The notes below the pieces were generated by a model. It saw only the letters and a list, made by a program, of their open reading frames with translations, was not told the origin of the DNA and made no database searches. Position numbers and translations under genes: made by a program. Below, piece after piece: positions 17,675 to 26,133 of a stretch of 54,505 nucleotides of DNA. This stretch comes from a virus: the IMG/VR virus record IMGVR_UViG_3300006169_000038, positions 1-54,505 of that record. One strand, written 5' to 3'. Position 1 is the first letter of the stretch. Each line of letters starts with the position of its first letter.

Positions 17675-19516
17675 ATGGCACGCGCGACGTACATCATCAA
17701 CAAGCCGGCGGCCGTGCCCGGACCGCAGGGACCGCCGGGCGATACCGGCCCGGAAGGGCCCCAGGGACCGCAGGGCGACGGCGTGCCGGTGGGTGGCACG
17801 AACCGGCAACTGCTGAAGGTCATCGGCGGCGTGCCCGCATGGCAGGCCGACCGCGTCTTCGATGTGCGGGACTACGGCGCGGTCGGGGATGGCGTCACTG
17901 ATGACCGGGCGGCGTTCCAGCTCGCGCTCGACGCGATCCAGGCCAACGGCGGCGGGACGCTCTACGTGCCGCACGGCTACACGTTCCTGCTCGGGTTCCG
18001 GGCGGGCACCTACTTCTCGTCGTTCAAGGTTTGCTGCTGGCTCTACGGCTCCAACGTCACGATCGAGGGCGGCGGCACGATCAGGGTCACGACTGGCAAC
18101 GCGGCGGGATTTGCCGTATTCGCCAGCACCGGCGACAGCGCCATCAGCAGCGCCACCGTCGACACCGGAACCTGGTGGAACGACAACGACTACGTGGACC
18201 GCTCCAACAGCGGCAGCAATTACCCCGTCTACGCCATCGCGGCGGCAAGCGCGGGTGATGGCTCGGTCACGCTTTCGACCCCGGCCCAACACAGCAACTT
18301 CGCGGTCGGGGACGGCGTGCTTATCCGCACCGGCCAGACGCTTTCGCAGGCTGGGGAGGGCCAACCGGACGCGGAGCTCAACGAGATTGCCGCGATCAAC
18401 ACCGGCACCGGCGAACTCACCCTCAAATACCCGCTGGCGAAGGATTACGTCCAGGAGTATTTCGCCACCGCCAGCAAGGACACGGCGACCACGACCAGCA
18501 GCACGGCCTGGCCCGCTGACTTCGGCATCCAGAACGTCGAGGACACCATCTCCCGCAACCTCACAGTGCGCGACGTGACGTTCGACGTGGTGCAGTCTAC
18601 CGGGCAGGGTTACTGCCTCGCCTTCGGCTCGGTACTGGGCTACACCATCGACCGCGTGCGGCTGACCGGCACGAATGTTTCGCTCCAGACGGGCGGTCCC
18701 TATCGCCGGGCGCGGTTCGACGCCGACGTGGACGTGGCGCTGAACCTCCAGGCCGACGTGTTCCTCTCGGCGGACCGGGGCTGTGGCGACGTGACCATGA
18801 CCGGCACGTTCACCAACCGGGGCAGCCAGGTCGGGTTGTTCCACATCCACGAGGGGACCTATCGCGTCACCCTCGACCGGCCCCGGATCAGCAACCCGCC
18901 CAGCAGCAGCGCCAACCACGCCATCCAGATCATCGGTCGGTCCTACGACGCGGCGATCATCGAGCCGGACATCGAGCATGACACGTCCAGCGCGTTCGCG
19001 ATTTACATCGCCGACGCGACGTGCAAGCGGACAAAGATCATCAATCCCCGGCGACTGATCAATCCGTTCGGGATCAGCAATTCGGGATCAGACACGATGC
19101 TCCGGGGTTGCGACTCGCGGATCGAGAACTACGCACCAGTCGCGGGAGGGCCGATCACCCGGAGCGTGGCGATCTATCACAACAGTCCGCAGGAGAACAT
19201 CATCGGCACGATCCCCGCCGGATACACCGTGCTGCCGGGCGGGATCACCGTGCAGGTGCTGGAGCAGTTCAATGGTGCCGGCGCAGAGATTCTTGTCGGC
19301 AAGAGCATCGTGTTTTACACCTGGTTTACCTCTGCCGCCGCCAGTATCGACATCTCGCCCGGCATGGCGACCGATCTCGTGCAGACGGCCACGACCGGGT
19401 TCTACCAGCCCAACCCCGCCGACATCGACGTGATCTACACCGCCAACGGCAGCACGGCGGGCAAGGCGCTGGTGCGCGTGGTCTACGAGCCTGTAATGCG
19501 AGTGCTGGGAGTCTAG
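17675..19516 (+). CDS. Tail fibre with a collagen-like repeat and a pectate-lyase-like beta-helix
   Basis: GPQGPPGDTGPEGPQGPQGDG followed by FDVRDYGAVGDGVTDDRAAFQLALDAI. Confidence 0.7.
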   Translation: MARATYIINKPAAVPGPQGPPGDTGPEGPQGPQGDGVPVGGTNRQLLKVIGGVPAWQADRVFDVRDYGAVGDGVTDDRAAFQLALDAIQANGGGTLYVPHGYTFLLGFRAGTYFSSFKVCCWLYGSNVTIEGGGTIRVTTGNAAGFAVFASTGDSAISSATVDTGTWWNDNDYVDRSNSGSNYPVYAIAAASAGDGSVTLSTPAQHSNFAVGDGVLIRTGQTLSQAGEGQPDAELNEIAAINTGTGELTLKYPLAKDYVQEYFATASKDTATTTSSTAWPADFGIQNVEDTISRNLTVRDVTFDVVQSTGQGYCLAFGSVLGYTIDRVRLTGTNVSLQTGGPYRRARFDADVDVALNLQADVFLSADRGCGDVTMTGTFTNRGSQVGLFHIHEGTYRVTLDRPRISNPPSSSANHAIQIIGRSYDAAIIEPDIEHDTSSAFAIYIADATCKRTKIINPRRLINPFGISNSGSDTMLRGCDSRIENYAPVAGGPITRSVAIYHNSPQENIIGTIPAGYTVLPGGITVQVLEQFNGAGAEILVGKSIVFYTWFTSAAASIDISPGMATDLVQTATTGFYQPNPADIDVIYTANGSTAGKALVRVVYEPVMRVLGV

Positions 19517-19805
19517 CGATGGCCACCAGACCCCTTTCCGCCACCATCGCCAGCGTCACCGGCACGTCCCGTGAGGGGGAGCGGATGAATGTACGGGATA
19601 GAATGGCGTAACGGCCAATCGCCGGGATGCCCGTAACCCGGCCAGGGACACAAGCAGAGCGCAGAAGCGCCACGGGAACGACGGTCGTCAGGCCGGTGCG
19701 TCAGCCGACAGGGAACCGGCCAGCGCGTCAGCCCAGCGTACCAGCAGAGCTGGGGAGCAAGGAGCACATGGATGCGCGTCTCACCGAACACCATCTGGGA
19801 GGCCG

Positions 19806-20051
19806 ATGATGGACGCGAGTGGCGCGGTCCAGATCATCGCCGCCATTTTCGGCCCGGCGGGCGTGGCCGGGGCGACGCTTGGCCTCGCCCGCGCCTATCG
19901 CGCCTCGCTGGATCGCGCCCGCGAGGAAGGCCGGGCGAAGCTGCTGCAGGAACAGGCGGCCGAAACCATCACCACGCTCAAGGCGGAGATCGTCGAGCTC
20001 AAGGCGGAGAACGGCAAGCTGTGGGCACTGGTGGGGGACCGTCCCTCATGA
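19806..20051 (+). CDS. Small membrane/coiled-coil protein of the lysis cassette
   Basis: Hydrophobic N-terminus (VQIIAAIFGPAGVAGATLGLA) followed by a coiled coil. Confidence 0.5.
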   Translation: MMDASGAVQIIAAIFGPAGVAGATLGLARAYRASLDRAREEGRAKLLQEQAAETITTLKAEIVELKAENGKLWALVGDRPS

Positions 20052-20272
20052 GCCGCTTCCTCGAGACCGTGCATGACGCCTGGTGCGAGTTGACCCGCCG
20101 CTGCCGCCTGCCGGCCCAGCCGCCGCCGCCCGAGATGATCGATGAGGATCACTACCTGTCGTGGCTCAAGTCCGAACGCGAGCAGTCACGGGCACGGGTG
20201 GCCGAACGCAAGCCGACGCGGGACTTCCTCGACACGCTGCTGACGGGGAGGGACGGCCATGGTGACCTATGA
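20048..20272 (+). CDS. Hypothetical protein (lysis cassette)
   Basis: ATGA overlap; 74 aa. Confidence 0.45.
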   Translation: MSRFLETVHDAWCELTRRCRLPAQPPPPEMIDEDHYLSWLKSEREQSRARVAERKPTRDFLDTLLTGRDGHGDL

Positions 20273-20627
20273 CGCGGTGGAGCGGTTCGACCACGCCCTG
20301 CTTCTGCTGGCCGCCCTCTGGCTGGCAACCAAGATCGTGACCTACGGCGAGTTGTGGCGGCTGGGGCGGAAGACGCCCGGTCACCAGCGCAGCACGATCA
20401 GCCGCGCCGCCGGCGTGCTCTTCGTCTCGTTGGCGCTGGCGAACGTGCCGCTCTGCATCCTGTTCGCGCTCCGGTTTCTCTCCGGCCCCGAGACCCCGAT
20501 CGAGCCGCCGTGGGTGGCCGCCCTGCTCCGGCTCTGGTTCGTGGCCGGGCTTGCCTGGAACTTCGTGGCCGAGGTCCGGCTGATCCGCGTCACCCGCCGC
20601 TGGATCGCCCAGGGCCGGGCGGTATGA
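20259..20627 (+). CDS. Holin-like multi-pass membrane protein
   Basis: 122 aa with 3-4 hydrophobic segments, upstream of the endolysin. Confidence 0.55.
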   Translation: MVTYDAVERFDHALLLLAALWLATKIVTYGELWRLGRKTPGHQRSTISRAAGVLFVSLALANVPLCILFALRFLSGPETPIEPPWVAALLRLWFVAGLAWNFVAEVRLIRVTRRWIAQGRAV

Positions 20628-20710
20628 CGTGGGAGCGGGTCGTGCTCGTGGCGATCGTGCTGCTCGTGGTGCTTGCCGTCTGGTGGCTGCCCGAGGACGG
20701 TGAGGACTGA
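20624..20710 (+). CDS. Small single-pass membrane peptide (28 aa)
   Basis: MTWERVVLVAIVLLVVLAVWWLPEDGED; ATGA overlap. Confidence 0.4.
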   Translation: MTWERVVLVAIVLLVVLAVWWLPEDGED

Positions 20711-20743
20711 ACGTACAGCCTGATATACTGGGATTGACGTAAC
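20706..20743 (+). promoter_or_regulatory. Composite regulatory element upstream of the endolysin gene
   Basis: ACTGAACGTACAG, then CCTGA, then TATACT (extended -10, TGaTATACT), then GGGA, then TTGACGTAAC. Confidence 0.5.
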
Positions 20744-20768
20744 GGGCTAACGTTCGCACGAGGGTTAC

Positions 20769-22244
20769 ATGCCGTACGACGCACAGACCGCACTCAGGGG
20801 CTCAGGACGCGGCAACCCTGCTGCTATCGCCTCGTGGGCCATTGCGCGCGGCGCAGCCCGGTCGGACGACGTACGGGCATATCTCGATACGGTCTATCGC
20901 ATGGCGCCGGTGCTCGGGATCAATCCTGATGTGGTCGTGGCACAGTCGCATCTCGAGACCGATGGATGGCGGTCACTGTGGTGGGTATCGCGGGTCAACG
21001 CGGCCGGCATCGGCATTACCGGCGACCCGGTCCAGAACGCGGCATCTCGAGACTTTGGCACCGGCGAGGCCAGTGCTCGAGCGCACCTGCTCCATCTCCA
21101 TCTCTACGTCAACGGCGCTACGGTCCCGACCGGATTTCTCGAGACGGACGATCCCCGGTGGGACGCCGCGATCCGTGCGGGCTACGCGGGTATCGCGGAC
21201 ACGCTGGACGATCTCAACGGACGCTGGGCGATCGATCCCGACAACGCATACGGGGAGAAGATCGCGGGGCGGCTCAACCTGATGGAAGCGGCCGGGTTGC
21301 TCCCGGCCACCGTGGAGGCTTCACCGATGGCACTGAAACGCTATGACTGGCCGGGGCTGGCGAACCCGGTCTATCTCCCCGACTGGATCACGGTCGAGGT
21401 CAAACTCATCACCAACAATCGGGTCCGTTCGTTCCAGAAGTCGAGCGCCCACAAGTTCACGACGTTCCACGACACCGGCAACCCGAACACCACTGCCGAT
21501 GGGGAATGGACCTGGGCCAACAATGGTCGACAGGGCGCCGGCGTGGGTGGCTACAACGGCATCTTCGATTCCCGGAAGGTCATCATCTGCCAGCCGTTCG
21601 ATGAAGTGATCTGGGCAGCCGGCACCGATCTCGGGAACCGTACGTCGTATCACTTCGAGATGGCCTATGGCGGCGGGCAGGACTACAGCAAGGTGCTGGC
21701 AGTCGGCTACGCCGTGCATGGAGCTGTCTGCGCGGCGAAGGGCTGGAACGTCGACACCGCGCTTGTCAAGCACCAGTACTGGTACGGGAAGTGGTGCCCG
21801 GCCACGATCCTCAACCGTGGAATCTGGTCGCAGGTGATCAAGGGCGTGAGTGACGCCGCCGCAACTGCCCGCGCGGCCGCCGGCGGGGATGGCACGGGTG
21901 GGGCGCCGGTGGTCTACGCCAAGCCGTCGCCCATCGCCGTGCTGGATGCGATCAGCAAGGGCAGTGGCCTCGCCCCGCAGCGGATTCACGACGATTCCAG
22001 CGGCGTCGATTTCATCTGGTGTGGAGATCGTGGCCGGGTGATTCGGAATACTCCTCGATACCGATATGCCGTGCGGAACGGTGAGAAGATCGGCCCTGAT
22101 CTCCAGAAAGGGGAGGAGTTCGATTATGACTGGCTGTTCCAGGCTCAGGATGGCAACTGGTGGTTAATGACTCCCTACGGCACCAGGGTCTTTGCCGACG
22201 ACGTCGAGCGCATCAGCGACAGCAAGGGCGAGGCAGCCGCATGA
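20769..22244 (+). CDS. Endolysin: glucosaminidase-like N-terminus, amidase_2/PGRP-like centre and a C-terminal binding domain
   Basis: VVAQSHLETDGW; FHDTGNPNTTADGEW...NRTSYHFEMAY...HQYWYGKWCP; C-terminal SH3-like text (NWWLMTPYGTRVF). Confidence 0.8.
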   Translation: MPYDAQTALRGSGRGNPAAIASWAIARGAARSDDVRAYLDTVYRMAPVLGINPDVVVAQSHLETDGWRSLWWVSRVNAAGIGITGDPVQNAASRDFGTGEASARAHLLHLHLYVNGATVPTGFLETDDPRWDAAIRAGYAGIADTLDDLNGRWAIDPDNAYGEKIAGRLNLMEAAGLLPATVEASPMALKRYDWPGLANPVYLPDWITVEVKLITNNRVRSFQKSSAHKFTTFHDTGNPNTTADGEWTWANNGRQGAGVGGYNGIFDSRKVIICQPFDEVIWAAGTDLGNRTSYHFEMAYGGGQDYSKVLAVGYAVHGAVCAAKGWNVDTALVKHQYWYGKWCPATILNRGIWSQVIKGVSDAAATARAAAGGDGTGGAPVVYAKPSPIAVLDAISKGSGLAPQRIHDDSSGVDFIWCGDRGRVIRNTPRYRYAVRNGEKIGPDLQKGEEFDYDWLFQAQDGNWWLMTPYGTRVFADDVERISDSKGEAAA

Positions 22245-22265
22245 CGGCGCGTGACCTGTTCTGGT

Positions 22266-22865
22266 TCACCCGGAGGATTTAGCAGTATGCCAACGCTTTC
22301 GAGCCATCTCTCGCGCGCACTTGCGGCAACGTCGATGGCCATCCGTGGAGATATATGTATTCTCGTCCGTGTACTCATGTCCACGGCCACACGTATTGGT
22401 GCGGTGTACAACCGCCCAATGGATATTCCCGCGTCGCAAGTTTTCATGTGTCGTCACAGGCTCCAAGTGGGCCGGATTGACACACTCTGTGTTTCGACAG
22501 AGGTGATCCAGATAAAACCCATCGGGGATTGTTCCATACTCCCGTTCGTAAAATACTCTATGGGCCTGCTGCATTTTGCGACCGATCTTGATCCTTCCGT
22601 ACCCATTCGATTTCGCCCTCTGCCAAATCCAGCATGGCGTCGCAAAGCCTCGATCCTCCTCAATGTACTCAAGGTGCGACAAGCGCGTGTGGTGACCAAC
22701 GATAAAGCGCCTTGGATGGCCCTTGTACAATCCACGCTTCTTGGCTGTGCTCGTGACAATCGATGTTGGCTGACCACAGCCACACATGCACAACCCGCTT
22801 GGGTTCGGGTCTTCATCGAAATAACGAGAGGGGGTATCCTTGGAGGGCATTCGATGTCCTTTCAT
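22266..22865 (-). CDS. HNH homing-type endonuclease (HNH_3-like)
   Basis: CWIWQRAKSNGYGRIKIG...AHRVFYE...LDHLCRNTECVNPAHLEPVTTHEN; lower-GC region. Confidence 0.85.
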   Translation of the reverse strand: MKGHRMPSKDTPSRYFDEDPNPSGLCMCGCGQPTSIVTSTAKKRGLYKGHPRRFIVGHHTRLSHLEYIEEDRGFATPCWIWQRAKSNGYGRIKIGRKMQQAHRVFYEREYGTIPDGFYLDHLCRNTECVNPAHLEPVTTHENLRRGNIHWAVVHRTNTCGRGHEYTDENTYISTDGHRRCRKCAREMARKRWHTAKSSG

Positions 22866-22929
22866 CGGGTGCCGCGCCTCGGGAGCCTGCCAGCTCGCCG
22901 GGGCACTTCGCGTGACCCAATTATAGCAG

Positions 22930-22954
22930 AAAGCCCCGCCATTCCGGGGCTTTT
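22930..22954. terminator. Bidirectional rho-independent terminator between the two HNH genes
   Basis: aaagccccg-ccattc-cggggctttt. Confidence 0.6.
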
Positions 22955-23091
22955 GGCGTGAGTGGGGGTGATGTAATCATGCTTACCGTCTGGGCGCTGG
23001 TGCTGGCGCTCATGGCGTGGCTCGTGTGGCGCGCGGTGAGGGGGTAGGGATGTACTTCGACGGGGGACTTGTGACGCTCCTGGTGGTTGTG

Positions 23092-23691
23092 CTATGCGGA
23101 TCGCCTGCGTTTCTCTGGCCAGCCAATCACTGCCCTGTGCCGATAGTGGCAGTCCTGAGAGCAGTAGATTCCCTTCCCGCGACCCGGAAGCCAATCAAAT
23201 TGCACACCACAGTGCTGGCACGTTCTCTGTTCTCGGGGCTTCGTTTTATGAAGCGAGATGTGTTCGGCATGGGACAGGATGCGAAGGTTCTCTGGCCGGT
23301 TATCCGTTCGCACCTCGTTGATGTGATGAACATGCTCGTCAGTACGAAGTGGCCTACCAATGTGATGTTCCATCACAAGCCGATGTTCGAGTATGTGCCG
23401 ATCCCCATCCCATACACGGATGTACCCGTCTCCGTCGATGGTGGCCTTTCGCTGGTGTTGGTACCAGCAGGAACGGGAGCAGTACATCCCCGCTCCATCT
23501 CCTGGACGCCAGTCAAACGCCCTGCCGCAATGCTGGCAAGATCGTTGAATCCGGGGCACACGCAGTTTTCGCCTTTCGGGCGATGCGAAGTAACAGGCGC
23601 GTCCGCAGTACTTGGCACGGTCGGAAGGGCTGGCATAAAAGGGCTTGCCGCACTGTGCACAAACGCAATTCGGGGTACGATTGGGGTGCAT
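23092..23691 (-). CDS. HNH endonuclease with repeated zinc-ribbon modules
   Basis: EHRLVMEHHIGRPLRTDEHVHHINEVRTDNRPENL...HAEH; three CxxCG...YCSxxC units. Confidence 0.85.
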   Translation of the reverse strand: MHPNRTPNCVCAQCGKPFYASPSDRAKYCGRACYFASPERRKLRVPRIQRSCQHCGRAFDWRPGDGAGMYCSRSCWYQHQRKATIDGDGYIRVWDGDRHILEHRLVMEHHIGRPLRTDEHVHHINEVRTDNRPENLRILSHAEHISLHKTKPREQRTCQHCGVQFDWLPGRGKGIYCSQDCHYRHRAVIGWPEKRRRSA

Positions 23692-23813
23692 GAACTTGAC
23701 CTCCTATACAGGTCGGGGGACTGCCGTGCCGGGGGTGCTACCAACACCGCCCGGCTTTCGCATGCCTCAATTATACCAAATTCCCCGGAATGGCGGGGAG
23801 ATTGGAGAGATTT

Positions 23814-23885
23814 ATGGACCCTATCTATCTTCTGGTTCTGATCGTTCTCATCCTTCTGGCGGTCTACCTGATCCGCCGTATCTGA
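23814..23885 (+). CDS. Possible 23-aa hydrophobic peptide
   Basis: GGAGAG Shine-Dalgarno sequence 4 nt upstream; MDPIYLLVLIVLILLAVYLIRRI. Confidence 0.3.
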   Translation: MDPIYLLVLIVLILLAVYLIRRI

Positions 23886-23922
23886 CTGGCCATCATTGGC
23901 CGTATCCGGTAGGGGGGAGCCC

Positions 23923-24216
23923 ATGTCCATGCAGAAATGCCCGGTATGCGAGGGACGAAAGACGGTTCCCGCAGGATTCTATAGCGGCACTGAGAAGGAA
24001 GGCTCCACCGAGCGGGAAACCTGTCAGACCTGCTTTGGGACAGGCACGATCAACTCTTGGGAGCCACCTGGAGGTGAGAGGTGGGAATGGCCGCGATCCG
24101 CGGTCAACGTCATGCGCTGCGACCACGGCGTGAACACCGTTGCCGAACAGGCGGCGGCGATGATCGCGGACAGCATGACCAGGGAACTCGCCAGGCACAA
24201 GGAGCGTTCGCTGTGA
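23923..24216 (+). CDS. Small protein with a DnaJ-type CxxCxGxG zinc finger
   Basis: CPVCEGRKTV...CQTCFGTGTI; G-rich Shine-Dalgarno sequence upstream. Confidence 0.5.
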   Translation: MSMQKCPVCEGRKTVPAGFYSGTEKEGSTERETCQTCFGTGTINSWEPPGGERWEWPRSAVNVMRCDHGVNTVAEQAAAMIADSMTRELARHKERSL

Positions 24217-24548
24217 ATGATGCGCTCTCCAACGACCTAACCGCCTACTTCGCGATCATCGTGCTGGTGTCCGTTGCCTACGGCAAGACATTTGGCGGCA
24301 CTCAGGAGGCGATCACGCAGGCGGTGGTGGATGCGCTGGCGATCCGGTCACGGTATCGCCGGGTGACCAATCTCGCGGTCGGCATGGCGATTGCGCTGCT
24401 GATCGCCGGCGCGGCGGCGTGGAAGCTCCAGACGTGGGACGTGCTGCCGATCGGGATCATCGCTGGCCTCATGGCCAGCGTCGAGGCTGCCAAGGCACAC
24501 GAGACGCCCCAGGCTCCGCCACCGACGAAACCCGCCGCCGAGGCGTGA
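24213..24548 (+). CDS. Membrane protein (about 3 TM segments)
   Basis: GTGA overlap; YFAIIVLVSVAY, LAVGMAIALLIAGAAAW, LPIGIIAGLMA. Confidence 0.5.
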   Translation: MNDALSNDLTAYFAIIVLVSVAYGKTFGGTQEAITQAVVDALAIRSRYRRVTNLAVGMAIALLIAGAAAWKLQTWDVLPIGIIAGLMASVEAAKAHETPQAPPPTKPAAEA

Positions 24549-24644
24549 TACGCTCTCCCTGAGCCCAGTGGGCTCCCCCAATCGTGCTTTCCCTTGCGAG
24601 AGCGGGCCGCTGGCATCCCGTCCCGGCAGAAATGGATGCCACAC

Positions 24645-24675
24645 CAACGCCCCGGTCAATGCGACTGGGGCGTTG
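24645..24675. terminator. Hairpin between convergent transcription units
   Basis: caacgcccc, 13-nt loop, ggggcgttg; no clear U-tract. Confidence 0.4.
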
Positions 24676-24693
24676 CACTGCGGGGTGGTGGGA

Positions 24694-24951
24694 TTAGGAC
24701 GGAAAATCGCTGGCATCGAAGCGATCAGCAATCTCTCCGGCTGCCTTGGCAAGCGCCCGCCAGCCAATCCGATCGAGATCCACGCGAACGGATTGCCCAT
24801 CCTCACGGCACACAGCACTGATGTAGCCGTATCGTTCCCCCTCGTACATCTCGGCCTCGATGTCGATCGAGCATTGCCGGGTTTCTTCCTCCCAACTCGC
24901 CCCGGTCTGGATGCCCTCGATGTGGGCCAGCGTTGACCGTGCCTCACGCAT
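24694..24951 (-). CDS. Hypothetical protein (last gene of the leftward early operon)
   Basis: 85 aa with protein-like composition. Confidence 0.5.
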   Translation of the reverse strand: MREARSTLAHIEGIQTGASWEEETRQCSIDIEAEMYEGERYGYISAVCREDGQSVRVDLDRIGWRALAKAAGEIADRFDASDFPS

Positions 24952-24988
24952 CCCGCCATCCTCCTGGCCAGCTTCCGCCGGCCCGCTG

Positions 24989-25612
24989 TCAATCGTCGCT
25001 CATGTCCTCGGTGGCCGGATCGATGAACGCCCACCACTGCCGCCGCACGGCCGGCTCCGGCATCGGCAGCGTGCCTGCCTCCATGCTGGACACCTGCGCC
25101 TCTGTCAGGTGAAGATGGTCCGCCACCCGGCGAAGCGACAGGCGTGCCCGCTCGCGGCGCTGACGGAACCGCTCGCCGAGCGCGGGGTCTCGGGGCGGGG
25201 TGGGTGGGTGGTCCTCCAGCGCGTTGGCGATCGCGGCCGTGTAGGACTCCTGCCATGTTTTTCCCGTACCGGTTGCGGACTCCAGTTTGCAGGCGTCAGG
25301 TCTCCAGCGCCGCAGGTAGGTGGCGAATCCGACCCGCACATCCGGTTGGATTTGTCGCAGCTCCCACCCCTCCGGCAGTTCCGGCGTGACCGCCACCCCG
25401 GCCAGCCGCTCTCGCAATGTGCGTACCAACTGCACCACTCGCTCGGCGAACTCGCCAATGTCGGCAGCGTCCTTGCCGTCGATGTTGCATTCGCCCCGGT
25501 AGTAGTTGTTGTCATCCTCAATGGCAGGCAGGAAATGCTTGTGCCACTGAGTTGCCCATTCCTCCAAGTGGTCAAGAGCATCCGGGTTGACGATCGCAGG
25601 TGTAGCCATCAT
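24989..25612 (-). CDS. Protein with a C-terminal XRE-type helix-turn-helix
   Basis: LGERFRQRRERARLSLRRVADHLHLTEAQVSSMEAG. Confidence 0.6.
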   Translation of the reverse strand: MMATPAIVNPDALDHLEEWATQWHKHFLPAIEDDNNYYRGECNIDGKDAADIGEFAERVVQLVRTLRERLAGVAVTPELPEGWELRQIQPDVRVGFATYLRRWRPDACKLESATGTGKTWQESYTAAIANALEDHPPTPPRDPALGERFRQRRERARLSLRRVADHLHLTEAQVSSMEAGTLPMPEPAVRRQWWAFIDPATEDMSDD

Positions 25613-25620
25613 TCCCTCCC

Positions 25621-25833
25621 TCAGAATGGTTCATCGCCGGGATCGCTCGCCGGCAGGTCGTCCAGCACGCTCCAACTGAACGGCGTCGTCGCCTCCGCCA
25701 TCGCCAGGTCCCACTCCGCCTCCAGCATCGCCTCGTAGATCGCGTGCTCCTCGTCGGTGAGCAGGGCCGGGTCGATCTCGTCCGGCTCGGCCCCCATCTC
25801 CGCCTGCGACACGTCGTAGCCGCGCATCGTCAT
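25621..25833 (-). CDS. Hypothetical acidic protein
   Basis: The start MTMRGYD overlaps the upstream stop as TGATG. Confidence 0.5.
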   Translation of the reverse strand: MTMRGYDVSQAEMGAEPDEIDPALLTDEEHAIYEAMLEAEWDLAMAEATTPFSWSVLDDLPASDPGDEPF

Positions 25834-26018
25834 CACGCCCTCCCGTCCTTGCCGAGCTTCGGTTCCCAGCCGCTCAGGTGCCGGCACGTCGCGTCGCTCT
25901 CGCCGCAGTAGGCCATCTCCAGCGCCCGGAAGATGCGGGTCGCCTCGTCGGCGTCGCCCGCCGCCTTCGCCTCGCGGTAGGCGTCCTGGGCTTTCCGGAT
26001 GAATCGCTTGCTGGCCAT
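25833..26018 (-). CDS. Hypothetical small protein (first gene of the leftward early operon)
   Basis: 61 aa; AGGAGA Shine-Dalgarno sequence upstream. Confidence 0.55.
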   Translation of the reverse strand: MASKRFIRKAQDAYREAKAAGDADEATRIFRALEMAYCGESDATCRHLSGWEPKLGKDGRA

Positions 26019-26062
26019 CGTGGTGTCTCCTGCGGGTCTGTCGTGTCGTCCTCTATGTACGT

Positions 26063-26091
26063 ATTATACTCAACGTCAGCATGATTGTAAA
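26063..26091 (-). promoter_or_regulatory. Leftward early promoter, near consensus
   Basis: On the minus strand: TTTACA, 17-nt spacer, TATAAT. Confidence 0.65.
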
Positions 26092-26112
26092 GCGCCCAAC
26101 GTCGGGTATAAT
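26085..26112 (+). promoter_or_regulatory. Rightward promoter, near consensus; its -35 overlaps the leftward -35
   Basis: TTGTAA, 16-nt spacer, TATAAT; AGGAGG then ATG 26134 downstream. Confidence 0.6.
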
Positions 26113-26133
26113 CAGGGTCAGCAGGAGGACGCG

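Noticed and set aside
17690-17790. Possible diversity-generating retroelement target in the tail fibre
   Set aside because: No reverse transcriptase ORF and no template/variable repeat pair were found in the genome. The repeat is a simple collagen-like Gly-X-Y tract.
22862-23194. 110-aa minus-strand ORF bridging the two HNH genes
   Set aside because: It spans the bidirectional terminator, overlaps the 3' end of the second HNH gene and has filler-like composition.
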